Part shown: positions 26,817 to 39,636 of the stretch, in pieces
Numbering within the stretch: the stretch's first letter is position 1
How the letters are laid out: every line of letters begins with the position of its first letter
Origin: Pocillopora damicornis
Taxonomy: Eukaryota
DNA: 64,000 nt
Reading direction: 5' to 3'
Assembly (NCBI RefSeq): GCF_003704095.1
Contig: NW_020847584.1
Span: 62,001 to 126,000, forward strand
Notes under the pieces: model-generated
The model's database searches: none
Told to the model about the DNA's origin: nothing
What the model saw: only the letters and a program-made list of their open reading frames with translations
Translations under genes and position numbers: made by a program

Positions 26817-29800
26817 ATGAACAAGTTCGAAGCGTAAGTAAACGTTTTTTTACTGTTAGAAAATGACTTTGTGCTAGTTCAGGTGGCTTTTCGTTACCCA
26901 CAAAATTATTGATCCTTTTTTGGCCAAAAACAGTCTTAAGTTTGACGATTCAAATAATGGCGATAGTACTGATGACAAGGAGGACGACGAATTCGAACCA
27001 AGAAACATGAAGGTAAGCTTTTTGTGCGTAAGTGTGTTGGAAACTTTGTGGGTTTGGTGAATAATATGATTGAATGTCATCAGTTAGTATGATGATCAGG
27101 GGCTGGATGTTCGTGTAGAAGTCCTTGTCAGCGCTTATTCCCGTGGGGTTTTATCTAAGTGTAAGGCAGAACTGATCGTAACGTAAAAGTAGACCATGGT
27201 ACGTAAACTCATTGCGGTAGGCTCAAACTGATGATCAATAGAGGAATGATGTTACGATTATGGTACCATACAATATACTTTTGCATTTTTCCACTGACAG
27301 TGTGACAACTATTGAAGGGGTTATTGAAAAATTTCCACCAAGGGATCCTATTGCCAATTACATGTTTTAGTTCAAATCACTAATTAAAATCTAAATTGAG
27401 AAGCATGTCTAGTTTGGCTTTTAAAACTTTGCAAAGCTACCCAAGGTTTTGCTGAGAGTTTGGAATACAGTTTGCATTAATTAGGGTATTAATGAAGAGT
27501 TTGTTATGTTATGTGCTTGAAAATGGTTTCAAAACAGTATTGTGTTGATGATCTGCTTAGCTTATCATGATTGTAGTGATTTTGTACAATGTCATTATGA
27601 AACAAGAGAATGTGCTATTGAGATTGACATTTTTAAAGGCGTGTCACCTAGATGTGATTTTCGTTAAGTACTCTGACAGATATAGGTTTATGTTATATGT
27701 AAAGAGAAATAAATCGAGACAAAAGGTTTAAGCGAACTGTTCTTCAGTCAATACAGAAGAAGTAACCCAGGCCAAACAACAGTTGGGAGCCCCACGAGGA
27801 ACCATGTCAAAAATACTTGATCTTTCTTGGAACAAGGAACGAGACACAGTCTGTGTAAAAGTCCCATCTGAACAAGTGAAGTTGACAAAGCAAGGAATCC
27901 TAGTCAAACTGGCAACAATTTATGATCCCCTGGGACTCATCTCACCAAAGACACTTTGTGGCAAGCTCATTTATCGGTCTGTTTGTAATCAAAAGAGAGC
28001 ATGGGACACAGAACTATCACGTGACATGGTGAAGGCCTGGGTGAAGTGGGAGGGCAGTTTGCCACAAAGCTTTGAAGTGCCAAGATTGCTTACCCTTCAT
28101 TGAGAAGAGATTGAGGGGGTTAAGCTACATTCCTTTGGAGATGCCAGTGCAAATGGAGTTGCAGCCTGTGTTTATGCTGTCATTCATCAGGCGGCCAGGA
28201 TAAACCAAGGTCTGATTGCTTTAAGGTCAAGACTCTCCAAACAAGGCCTGACTATTCTGCAGCTTGACCTCGTAGCCATATAGCCGTGAACCTGATAACC
28301 AACATACACCGTAAAGAGGCTTTGAAGGATTACCCTTAACAAGCATGCACTGTTGGCTGGACAGTTCAGTTGCCTTGTATTGGATTAGGGGGCAAGGGGA
28401 GCACAAGCAGTTTGTGTTGAAATTGTGTTCAGGAGATAAACAGTCATCATGGTGTCACATGGTGTTATGTCCCTACCGCAGAGAACCCAGCTGATCTCAG
28501 AAGTTGTGGAGGCTGTCTAGAGGAAGTAGATCAGTGGTGGCACAGGCCCAACAGGCTTGCGAGCTAAGAGAATTGGTCAGCCAAAGCTAAATTTGTTTGG
28601 AAAGTCCTGGCAGTGGCAGTTGACGAAGAGGATGAGGTCGAGAATGTATTATGCAGATGTCATATATGGAAAGCTGTATGTGTGTGTGCGTGGATGAGAA
28701 GATTCGCACACAACACTCTTTGCAGTTGAGGAAGAATGTACATTAAGGAACCACTGACAACTAAAGAAACAAACCAGCTGAGACTTCATTGGGAAAGGCA
28801 GGCTCAAAAGAGTGGTGAAGTTGAAAAGGATAGAGAGGTGTTGAACTTGTAGTTAAATCAGGAAGGCCTATTGGAGTCTCGGGGCCGATTGCAAGGAGAT
28901 TACCCAGTGTATTTACCAGAAACCAGTCTATATTCCCAGCGAATTATTAAAGCCCACCTTCAAACCTTGCATGGGGGAGTGGGGCTAATGATGATCAAAG
29001 CTCGAAACTGATACTGGATCCCTAAGTTGAGGAAGCTGGTGAAGAAAGTTTGCCCAAAGTGCCATGGATGCAAAAGATTTCAAGCAATGGCAAAGGCTAC
29101 CCCACCACCTGGATGCCTTCCAACCACCCATTCTGAAGGCATTAACCCATTCTAAGTGATAGGAGTCAACTATGCTGGTCCACTGCAACATTGCATATCA
29201 AGACAAGGAGAGAGAAAGGCTTATGTTCTGTTAGTTCTGCAGTGTTATGTGGGGGGTCTACTTGGATATCTTGCCAAGTTTGGAAACAGAAGAGTGCTTG
29301 AGGAGTTTGAAAAAGTTCATTGGGAGGCAAGGGAGACCAGAGCAAATCTATTCTGGCAATGGCAGGACATTTGTTGGTGCTGCGAAGTGGGTCAGGGAAT
29401 AGTAATGTACTGCTCATTGTATTGATACAGCTGACCTTTGCAAACAAGCCAAGCACTTGTTTAAGTGTAAGGAGGCAGTGTGGTGACATTTGTCAAAAGA
29501 ATAAGTGTACAGCCTTCGCAAGAAACACTGTACCTAAGCAACTGCTCAAGGAAATGCACCAAGAAGGGATGCGGCTGTTGCAGTGTGCCTACACATACAG
29601 AACATTGTTTGAGATGAAGAGTGTTCTGAAGCTGATAACTATTTCAGCTGGACTGAACTTTCATATGATATCAAGAACTGTTACAAGTTTCATTAAGAAG
29701 CTAGGGGGTAACTATATAACTTTTGAGGCATTTCTTTACTGTATTGCTAAATTAACAGACTGCATACATGTACTTTGTATTCAACAGACCAGGAGTGATG

Positions 29801-32800
29801 AAAGCATCAATGGAGAAGGGATTAGCGAGGAGGAAGAGAGAAGAATTAAATTGCAAGCTGAGGTATTTTTAAATTGAAACACACACTTGACCAAGGCTTG
29901 AAATAAATTTTTCTTTCCACTGGTTCTTTGCCCCTAAAAATTTAACACTGGTAATTGGTTGTAAAGAAGTTGTTTAAGCTAGAATTAATTTTTTTTAAGA
30001 GAAGAAAAAAACTTTTTACCTTTCATTTTAATATAATTTTTATAGAACCTTAGAACTCTGAATTTTCACTGTAATTTTTCAAGGAAATTTATCATATTTT
30101 CAAGAATTTCATTTATGAATCGTTTTGCTAAAGACCACTACAATAACATTTTAAGTCATTTGGCCCATGTCTTAGGGCAGTTCAGGTCATTTTGCCAAAG
30201 TACCACAAAACATCTAGGGATTGCTTATGGCAAAACTTGATTGACTTCTAAGTGACCAAAAGTCTAGGGGGGAATTAAGTTGTTTCAATTTTTGGTTTCT
30301 CTTGTACCTATGTACTGTAGTACAGCATTTAATTAGTTGCTTCTTCATAATTTCTTTCTCTGTTAAGTAAATTGAAAAGTCATGAGTAGTGTCTGACCAA
30401 TCAATTAACAATTGACGGTTCATTTGACTCATGCCAGTAAAATGAATGGAAAGTTAGTAAAAAGTTTCATGTTTAATTGTCCAGGTAAGCTCTGTAAAGT
30501 GACAATTTGTGTCATCTCTCTTTCTGTCCTCAATTTGGGCAAGAAATTTTTAATTTGTAGATTTGAGGCAATATGACTTTGTTGAAGAACAATGTGATTA
30601 TATTTGTTAATGTTCTGACTAAAACTTGGAACTAACTGATGTGACGGATGTGATGGAAAATCTAGTGAACTGGTTGTTAGTGAAATGAGTTGTAGGCAAA
30701 ACCACTGCAATTCAAGAGGAGACCCACCGTTGAACCTGTATTAAGTAGCACTTTATTAAGTAGTCACCCTGTACTGAGTTCAGTTGGCCTGTTTCCATTG
30801 TTCTCCAACTGTATTGAATAGTCACTTCAAGCAGGTTGGTCTCCTGCATCAATGTTAGTGGTATTTTTGAACAAGTCCATTAAATTAGGGCTTAAAATGT
30901 GGTGTTATTGTTTTTTGTAATACCCTTATTCTGTGGAACCTGTATTGACTGGTCAACTTGTATTTAGTGGTCATCCTGCTATTCCCAGTGGGTGACCACT
31001 TTATGCAGGTGCAACTGTACAGCGTAAATTATTCAAATTAGTTGATTTTATTTAATCAACTTGAAACTTGGTTTACCAGGTTTTGAAGGAGGGAGATCAC
31101 TCAGTCAATGTTGTACAACAGCCATTTTTTATGTGAAAGAATGGTATATTTGTAGATTGAATAAGAAAGATGGTTAGTTTTGAGCTTGGTAAAGGAACAG
31201 AGAAAGATCTTCTTTGTCTTGTCACGAGCATAGGACAAATAAAAACTTCTGAGTCCCCTGAGGAATCGAACCTCAGGCCTTCGGATTCCGTGCTCCAATG
31301 CTCTACCACTGAGCTATAAAGACTATGTTGAGCAAGGGTTTGTAGGATGAAGATCACTTAGTCAATGTTGTTCAACAGCCATATTTAATATTTAAGAACA
31401 GTATCTTTGTAAATCCTCACAGAAAGTAAGTCAGCCTTAAACAGGGTTATTATTTCCTAGCTTGAGAACAAAATTGTGACTGTTGGTGAAGGAGAGCATC
31501 CCCTGCAGTGTCCTCATGCTTTTTGGTTTTCACGAAGAGCACCAGGAAAACTTCAGTCTTCTGCTAATTATGCTGACAATATAAAGTTGGTTGGAAAGTT
31601 TGCATCCGTAAGTTTTCTATTTCCTACCATTAGGTTATAAAAATATGTGACAAAATTTGAAATGAAATTAATTATTAATATTTGCTCTACTTGTTTGGGA
31701 ATGTAGCATTAATGTTATCAGTATGGGTTGGGAAAGGAAATGCTATTGTCTGCTCTTCACGAATTATGAACATTACAAGGAATTGGATATCCATATAACA
31801 GTTATTGTTAGCCACATGTACCTTGGATAATTACACAATTTTATGAACATTAAATTCTTGTGATAACAGATCCCATCTTAGTCTTAACTATGAGCTTGTG
31901 GTTGTCTAAATATTTTTGCAGATATGAGATGAAACAGATACAAAACCCAATCATATAGTACATGTAATTATTATACACTAATTTACAGTTAAAAAAGTAG
32001 GCATTGACTGTGTAATTTTTGTCATATTGTTTACCTCAGAAATGTACCATCAAAATGTTTAATACCTTCATTTTTATCCACAGGTTGAACAGTTTTGGAG
32101 ATTTTATAGCTACTTAGTAAGGCCTGGGGATTTATCTGGTCATAGTGATATTCACCTTTTTAAGGATGGCATTAAACCAATGTGGGAGGTAAGTCCATCA
32201 GATTTAACATTTGGTGAAATTTATTTGCTGTTTTTTTCCACAAAGTTAATGATATTTCTTTTCCTTTACATGTGAAAATTATCTCAGCCATTTCAGCTTT
32301 GATTGACAGGAATTTAAGAGATGTTCTCAAGTACCACAGTTGTAATTGATCAGATGTAAATGCAAACAAGAACTTATTTCCCTTAAGATTTTTCCCCTTT
32401 TTCTCTGGAAGGTTCACTGCAACGTAACAGCTGAGAATAGCAAAAAAATGAAAATACAGCAGATTTCTATTCATTACCAACAAGGAGGTTTTGGTCCAAA
32501 TATGATTCCAAAATTTTCAAATCAACAGCAAGACTACATTTTAGGAATAGATAAACAAAGAAAATTATGAAAATAGGTTTGTTTTGGATGTCTTCTTAAT
32601 GATAGACAAATATTGTAACCCTTATTTCCTTGAGGTGTTGAGGGACATTGAGATAGACAACTATCGGGCAGTGTTTTGAAGGAATCAAATGTTGGATAAG
32701 TGTTAGTGGATAAAGCTAAGATTTGTCACCTTGTTAAAGAATACAAAAACTCAAGGCCTTGTTCACTGCAGTTTACTCTTTGGTTATGACATAATAGGCT

Positions 32801-35800
32801 TTTATGATGAAAATTGAAATACACCCATACAAGTTACTGTATATTGTGTGTCATTATACATCTGATTACTTGCTGTGTGAACAGTTTCCTATTTTCCTAA
32901 AGTTTAGAACAGTACGTTGTATAACACTGGATCTGAATTTTTTAAGATGTGGCAATGTGAATGTTTCTCGGAATTTGTGTTTATAACCTACATGTACCAC
33001 AACTCATGATAAGAATGACAAGTGATTACAACACAGATAATTTACTTTGAGTTTAAGTCTTAGTAAAAGCAGGTTTTAGTTCACTTTTTCTAAATTTCTT
33101 TTTGCAAACTGTAAACAGGTAAATAACAAATTACTCTGAATAAAATTACATAACACTTGGTAAGTGTGAGCATAATATGACCCCTTCCCTTTAGATATTG
33201 CACATTAAATGTTTTTCCAGGTACATGTGATGAAGCACAATGCTCCTTCAAGGGAAATGGAGGCCAAAGTAATGGCAAGGGTGAAAAAAAATTATGCATG
33301 AAGTACTCGTCAGACAAGTGTGTTAATCATTTTGTTGACAGTGGTAATGTCCTTTTTGCAGGATGAAGCTAACAAATATGGAGGAAAGTGGATAGTTAGA
33401 CTGAGGAAAGGACTAGCTTCAAGATGCTGGGAGAATCTTGTAGGTTAAGTTCACTTTTTTTTTAATTTTTCTACACTTCTTAAATCATTATCATAAAAAT
33501 TTAACTCTTAAAACCAACTTTGCTTCTCCACACATACAACACCTCTTAAGTTTGAGTTAAAACATTTCTTCAAGTTATTCAATCTGTATAAATTCTCTAA
33601 AATAATTTTTTTTATATTTTGATGGTACAACAGATGGAAACTGGCAAAACCAGTTTTTAATTGTTACCATTTTGCTAGTAATCAAGTTTTCTCACTGAAA
33701 GAACTAACAGTAATTGTTTAATAGAAAAATGTTATAATTGTAGATTCTGGCTATGCTTGGGGAGCAGTTTATGGTTGGAAGTGAAGTTTGTGGAGCAGTG
33801 ATATCTGTACGATTTCAGGTACTGGCATTGACTGATAATGATGACATTAATGATGACCCTGTGTGTTACAAGTCAATTTGTGATTTCAGATGAAATTGTA
33901 ATTTTGCTTTTTATTAATATTGTCAATAGCACTTTATTCATCTGATACATCCTTACTATATGTCATAATTACTTTTCATAACATATTGAAACATAGCTCA
34001 ACTTAAAATTCACAGGTACAATACACTACTTATGTTACTGAAAATGTGTTTAACATTTACACCACCAAAAAAACTACTTGAACACCTGTAGATTTGGCAC
34101 AGAAATGCACATGGACCATCACCTGATATTTTTTCTTAGTACCATAGATGAAAATTGCATAGTTATTCTTGCATCACTGCCATTAGCCTTTGTTTCTTTG
34201 TATTCACTTTTTTAATTCTGGCCAAAAAAAAAATTGAAATAATTCACTTGTTGATCTGCAAGTCTGAGGTTGGGCATGACAATATTATTTGTTGTTATAT
34301 GAAAATTATTGAAATTATTTCGACCTTCTGTAGGAAGATATAATCTCAATATGGAACCGAAATGCAGCTGATCAAGCTACAACTACTCGAATAAGGTAAC
34401 ATTGGATATAGAGTGTTTTTTGTGTTTGAGTTCATTTCAGAAAGTAAAGTGCAAGTTAGAAAATATATATCATAACAAACATTTGCAAGTTGGAATCGTG
34501 TCTCCAAAACATTTCAAGGAAACTTTTTGGGTGCAAAAAGTTAATTATACCTGACAGCTGAGACAGGAGACGCTGTTGTGTCAGCAACCGGCAAGCGCTT
34601 TTTCCGGAACTGCTTACGTCACGTCGAATTGTTTTTAAAATTGTATTATTGACCAGTCCAGCTACATACATGTGGTTTCTAGATGTAGGTGACGTAGTCT
34701 CTTCGCACGGTCGCCCCAAACTCTATCGTCCCACAAGTGAAGTTCCGTTACCCCTTAGTATGGTTGCGTCGCACCCAAGTTTATAGCTTTTGCTGTAACG
34801 TATTTTTACACAAGTTTTGAAGCTTGGAAAACCTTAAACCAACGATCGTTACAGAAGAAGATCAGAAGATTAAGTCAGTTTAACTAAGGAACTTAGCAGT
34901 CGCAGCGTTACGATCTTTGGTTGAAGGTTTTGATACACGGGCCGACGAAACTCCAAGCTTTTGCAAGTGGCAAAATGCGCTTAGAACCCTTAAGTTGGGT
35001 AAGAAGCAAAATACTTCGGGGCGACGTAGTAGTAGTAAGGGTTACATTTGTAATATAACGCCCCCGAGAATATGTCATTCTTATTTAAAAGAGGAGAAGG
35101 AGAAACCAAGCAGGAATAGGCGCTTATCTTCTCGGTTTCGTTCCTTTCGAGAATGGGCCATAAGCATGGGGTGTTTATGAAAAAGATGCATAAAATGCGT
35201 GAAATGTAATTTGGTAAGAAATTTATCTTAGATTTTGGCAGTACATTTGAAGGTTAACTGATAACATAACGTTGTTTCTCTATTGTGCACTGAATAAGGT
35301 GAATGTTTGCGTTATTGTAGGGACACACTCAAGAGGGTTTTGAATCTGCCACAAAACACAATCATGGAGTACAAGGCCCATCAAAGCAGTTTGAAGTAAG
35401 GCGTTATCACTACTTATCCTCCACCAACACAACCGGCAAGAACTAAATAAGCATCATGAACACCTTCACGCATAAAATATACCCGTAATATGAATTTTAA
35501 TTCAAACACCACCATAAACCTTTAGTTAATAAGGTGTGAGCAAGTGACGAAAATGTGGAGACATGCAATTGTCAACTTGCTCTGTAGAGCCTTCCCGTCC
35601 CCTCAGTTGGCCTCTGTAGAGCCTTCCCGTCCCCGGCCTCAGTCATGTCCATGCTTAATTTTCTTCCCTTTCATTAGTCAACACCCCTCCACGTGACCTG
35701 CCACTAACTTCATAAGATCCTGCCTGTAAACATAAGTTTGCTCAGGTGGTGGTGCCGTCTAAATGAATTTTGTTGCAAATAGGATTGTGCCCGTGCATTG

Positions 35801-36229
35801 TGCGTAGCGGCTGGGGCTAAAATGTGCCTGAGCCGGGCCCCGAACATAATTTTGCCGGCGAACATAAACTTGATTATTTTATCAACCATAGTCTTCATAT
35901 CAGGAACTGCTTTGGTTTCTTTTGAGATATATTGAACGTCATTTTCAGCAGAATTCAGTGACTTTCCTTCAAAACGTAGCGTGCGGCATTATTTCCAATA
36001 TTGTTGCACAACTTGATGTCCCAGCTTTTTACATAATCTTATCTTTAGTAATCTCCCCAACCGTTTTCTCTTTTTGAATAAAATTGGATTCACGAATTAT
36101 TTTGAATCAATTCCTCAAATGAATTCTTCTAATGATGTTGTGAAGTACTTAATTAACTCCCTAATCTCAATTTTGTTTATTTCTAGGGATAACTCAAGTT
36201 TTAGAAATACAGATGTCTTTATGAGATGA
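26817..36229 (+). CDS. EIF4E2: Class II eIF4E, 4EHP, 10 exons
   Basis: Exons 26817-26833, 26934-27012, 29788-29862, 31461-31607, 32084-32188, 33362-33439, 33744-33818, 34334-34395, 35321-35395, 36187-36229, in phase. MNKFEALK, EHPLQ, FASVEQFWRFY, LFKDGIKPMWEDEAN, GGKWIVRLRKGLASRCWENLILAMLGEQFMVG, DTLKRVLNLPQNTIMEYK, DNSSFRNT. F/Y at the W43/W56-equivalent positions, as in class II. Confidence 0.97.
27642..29400 (+). mobile_element. Decayed BEL/Pao LTR retrotransposon (RNase H region and integrase) in EIF4E2 intron 2
   Basis: Motifs TKQGIL..IYDPLGLISP, LHSFGDAS..GVAACVY, WLDSSVALYWI, VPTAENPADL, integrase HHCC (HLQTLHGG..YWIPKLRKLVKKVCPKCHGCKRF) and VIGVNYAGPL, with many stops and frameshifts. 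Possible short LTR remnant TG...AATAAA...CA at 27642-27746. Confidence 0.9.
30727..31019. mobile_element. MITE with degenerate terminal inverted repeats (Tc1/mariner-pogo-like)
   Basis: Left CCGTTGAACCTGTATTAAGT, right ACTTTATGCAGGTGCAACTGTA; internal repeats of CTGTATT..GTCA. Confidence 0.55.
31126..31350 (-). mobile_element. tRNA-derived SINE in EIF4E2 intron 3
   Basis: Minus-strand A box TAGCTCAGTGGTAG and B box GGTTCGATTCC followed by a non-tRNA body; flanked by 32-bp direct repeats at 31094-31125 and 31351-31382. Confidence 0.85.
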
Positions 36230-38116
36230 ATTTCTACAGCCTACATGTTTGAAAAATAAAATATTCCTTGATGAATTGCAAATGAGTACGTTCCTGTTGA
36301 GTTATGGCTAAAAAAAAAAAGATTAAATAGAAATCAGTCTCCAGTGAGTGAAGTGATTCGAGTGTGCGTTACCGATCCACTTTCTTTCCTATCCACTGCC
36401 TTAAGTTTCAAAACCCCATAATCCTTTTTCTAAACACTATCTTTCCTAAATATCATTTTCTATCAGTGCGTTTTGATATAACACCATTAAAAGCATGAAT
36501 GAATTCAAGAAGATTTTGGCCTTGTGTTTTGCGTCCTACGAGGTTTTTCATAAGCCCCTGTTTCCATGCGAACAAAAATCGGCACTTACCGGGCTAGACT
36601 AAACTTAGACTGATCAAATCTGTTTGTTTGTATTGTCAGGTGATACGCTCTTTCTGCACTAGCGTTTCAAATGATTTGCAAAGATATGCCAAAACTACCA
36701 AGTGCACCGTTTCAATCATCCACACAAACAAAGGATTTCTGGAAACTGCATCGATTAGACAAACTGCAGCGACAACACCAACACGCAAGACACACCAAAA
36801 ACAGAAGAACCTCCAATTTTTCGAATGACAGCAAATACCGCAACATAAAGAAACCAGGAAAAGCGCACCAATTCCATTAACTAAACCAAACATATTCCAA
36901 AAAGGACGCACTTTACATGATTGAGACGAGCAGGGTAGGGGTAATCAGCGGTGCCATCGGTACCCTCGATCAATTCAGTTTTAGACATTTCCGTGATTGC
37001 CCACCCAGTATATAATCCACTAGCTAGACGTATACATAAACAAACATTAGTATAGAATTCATTTCGATATTTAGCTTTTCTTTTCAATATGGTAAATTTC
37101 AGAAATATGTGTTTCAGCAAAAACAACATGGGTAGGACTCGTAACTCGTACCAATGCTTTTAAAGATCAAGCATTTTTCGGAGAACCCTCTATTGTCGCT
37201 TCATTGAGAAATCGATGGCACGAATTTAAAGACACTGTTCTCCGAAATATTTGACACTGATTCCCTGAGGCCAGCAATTTGTTCATGACGTTCGAACAGG
37301 CGATCGATCAACCGAGAAATTGCCCTACGTTTCCCTTACCTGCAAATAACATGTCTCCATTTTCTGTAGCAGAGGAACGAGCAAATCGCTGGTGTCGAGG
37401 GGAAGACGGCGGCAACTCCAGGGAATGGCTTCGATTTCCACTCATCTGAATCAAAATCAAACTCTGACGATGCCAAGGTTTGAAGGGACCATCGTCCAAC
37501 TAAGATTAATCTAGATAACCTAAAAAAAGCCAATGTTCTTTGAAAGAAATAAAACCATACCGCCTTTGTAAAGCGGAAGATGGTAGTAAATTTAAGAGGA
37601 TGGACTAGATATCAAGTGATTTAGGACAAGAAACCTCCCATGAACGTCACCGTTTGGATGGCAAACTTGTGCCCAATCTCGCACTGCACCACCCCAAGGC
37701 GACGATGAAGGAGCGCTCATGGTCAGAAGCCAAAAGAGGTATGAATTTTTCATGATCGAGACAAACGGGAGAGAGCTGGTCAAATGTTCCATTGAAACTC
37801 TCCAAGGGGTGTCAAAGTCGGACTGAAAACATTGGCTTTTGACGATGGTGAAATATTGTAAATAAAAATATAACATGTACGCGGTCCTAGACTGTGTAAA
37901 GGCCTTGCACGTTACTTTTACTGCTCCGTGTTAAAGTCGTTACAACGACTTTAACAATTAATTAAAATTAATGACGCAAGTAGCTTTTCATATGGTGTAG
38001 ATGGAAGTTTCAAAATGATAGTTCACCACGGACTGGATTAGGAAGCAACGACAAGCTACAGAGGTGGTCTACCTGTTCCAGAGAAGCAGTTTGAAGACCG
38101 TGGTTCTAACACAGAC

Positions 38117-38388
38117 GTTAGATTGGCGCACTTGAATGTGAGCAGTCTAAGAGACAAGATAGAGGAACTTACACAATTCCTGTGTATATTTGAAATTCTT
38201 GAAATCACGGAAACATATCTTGACAAAGAAATATCTGACGTGGATATAGATATTCCCGGAATAAAGTTCATAAGATTAGCTGATACGAAAGACCGAAAAG
38301 ATGGAGGATATATACTGCATCAGCACGCAGAGCATTTACAAGTAATACGTCGTAAAAGATTTATTTACACGAGACTTGTAACGGGTGA
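38117..38388 (+). mobile_element. Non-LTR retrotransposon (CR1/L2-type) AP-endonuclease fragment
   Basis: AHLNVSSLRDKIEEL...ILEITETYLD..ISDVDIDIPGIKFIR...DRKDGG shows the EEP N-terminal motifs (xNVxxL, ETxL, R.DR..GG). Confidence 0.8.
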
Positions 38389-39636
38389 TATGGTAGTAAT
38401 TTCAAAGGATAAACTGGATGACCAGTGAGTTAAGACAAGAAACCTCTCACAAACGCCATGATCTTAGTTTTACGTTGATAGCAAACTTGGGCCAAGTCTT
38501 GCACTGCTCTCATTATCATTCCCTTTCCCCAAGGCCACGATGAAGGCGCGCCCATTGGCCTGAAGCAGAAAGCACGAAGTTTACACTTTTGAGATGAACG
38601 GGCCAGTTAGGCTGACTATATGTTCTATTTCTACACTCCTTGGGGTATCAAAAGTCGTACTGAATACAATGATTGTTAACGATAGTGAAAAGTCATCTGT
38701 TTTCACCGATCAAATATCAAAATAGATGACGTATGTGTTCCTGGACTGTGAAAAGGTCTTACAAGTTACTTTTTCGGTTCTACGTTTTAGTGGAGAAAAA
38801 CTATCTTCATGTCATCGAGTGATTTTGGTCATTCTTAAACTTAATGAAAATCACATTTAGACGTCTCACTAAATCTTTCTAAAGTCGTGTTTTACAAGGT
38901 ACCAACGTAAGTTGATAAAAGACGATAAATCGCCAGCTGAAACGAGAACACCACAAACAACAGTCATGACCACCAAATCAAATCACCATTACACGAAATA
39001 TCACCCTTCTTGACCTATCCTGATGACTCACAAAGAAACTCCCTCACACGAATAAAGAAAGTGGGTGCGACAATACGGTATTTTGCTGCCGTTATCACAC
39101 CTTTTTTTTTTGTTCAGTCATACAGGCAGAAAGGGAGGAGAGTTGTGAATAGAGTGATCCTGTTAAAATTACTCGTGTGGCTGGTACACACAATTATGAT
39201 AACGGGGTTTGAAAATGTTAGATTTAGACTGACTGTCGCAAGATGCAGCCCCACACCGACAAAAGTTTTAGTGCTAGCCATCTCAAACGTCGAGATGACT
39301 TAGTCTGTAAACGGGTGGGAGACCAACAAAACACTATCGCCCTTTATTGGAAAATAAAGAATGACCTTCACACCTAACATCTTGCCTAAACCACTTGCAG
39401 ATACTCTCTACCCCAAACAGGTTTTTTTGAAAGTTCTTCCCTGTAATACGGAATGAGTCTCCGATACTGTCTTAACATTAATTCTGGCTTGTCGATCTGG
39501 CGGAATTATTTGCAACACAATTTGACCCACAGGCGTTTTCTGAAAACTATTTATTCTTCTCGTCTCAAGAGCACGTTAACATACAAAAGAAAGTCGGAAA
39601 CAAGAAATCATCACAACGTTCAGTATCTGCAGAAAA

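Noticed and set aside
29320-29877. 185-aa ORF in the track
   Set aside because: Chance fusion of the BEL/Pao remnant, intron sequence and EIF4E2 exon 3 (29788-29862).
31250-31325. tRNA gene
   Set aside because: A and B boxes are present, but there is no convincing acceptor stem; it runs into a repeat body and is flanked by a duplication, so it is a SINE head.
33837-33945. Intronic C/D box snoRNA in EIF4E2
   Set aside because: ATGATGA and CTGA are present, but there is no terminal stem or recognizable rRNA guide; expected by chance in AT-rich introns.
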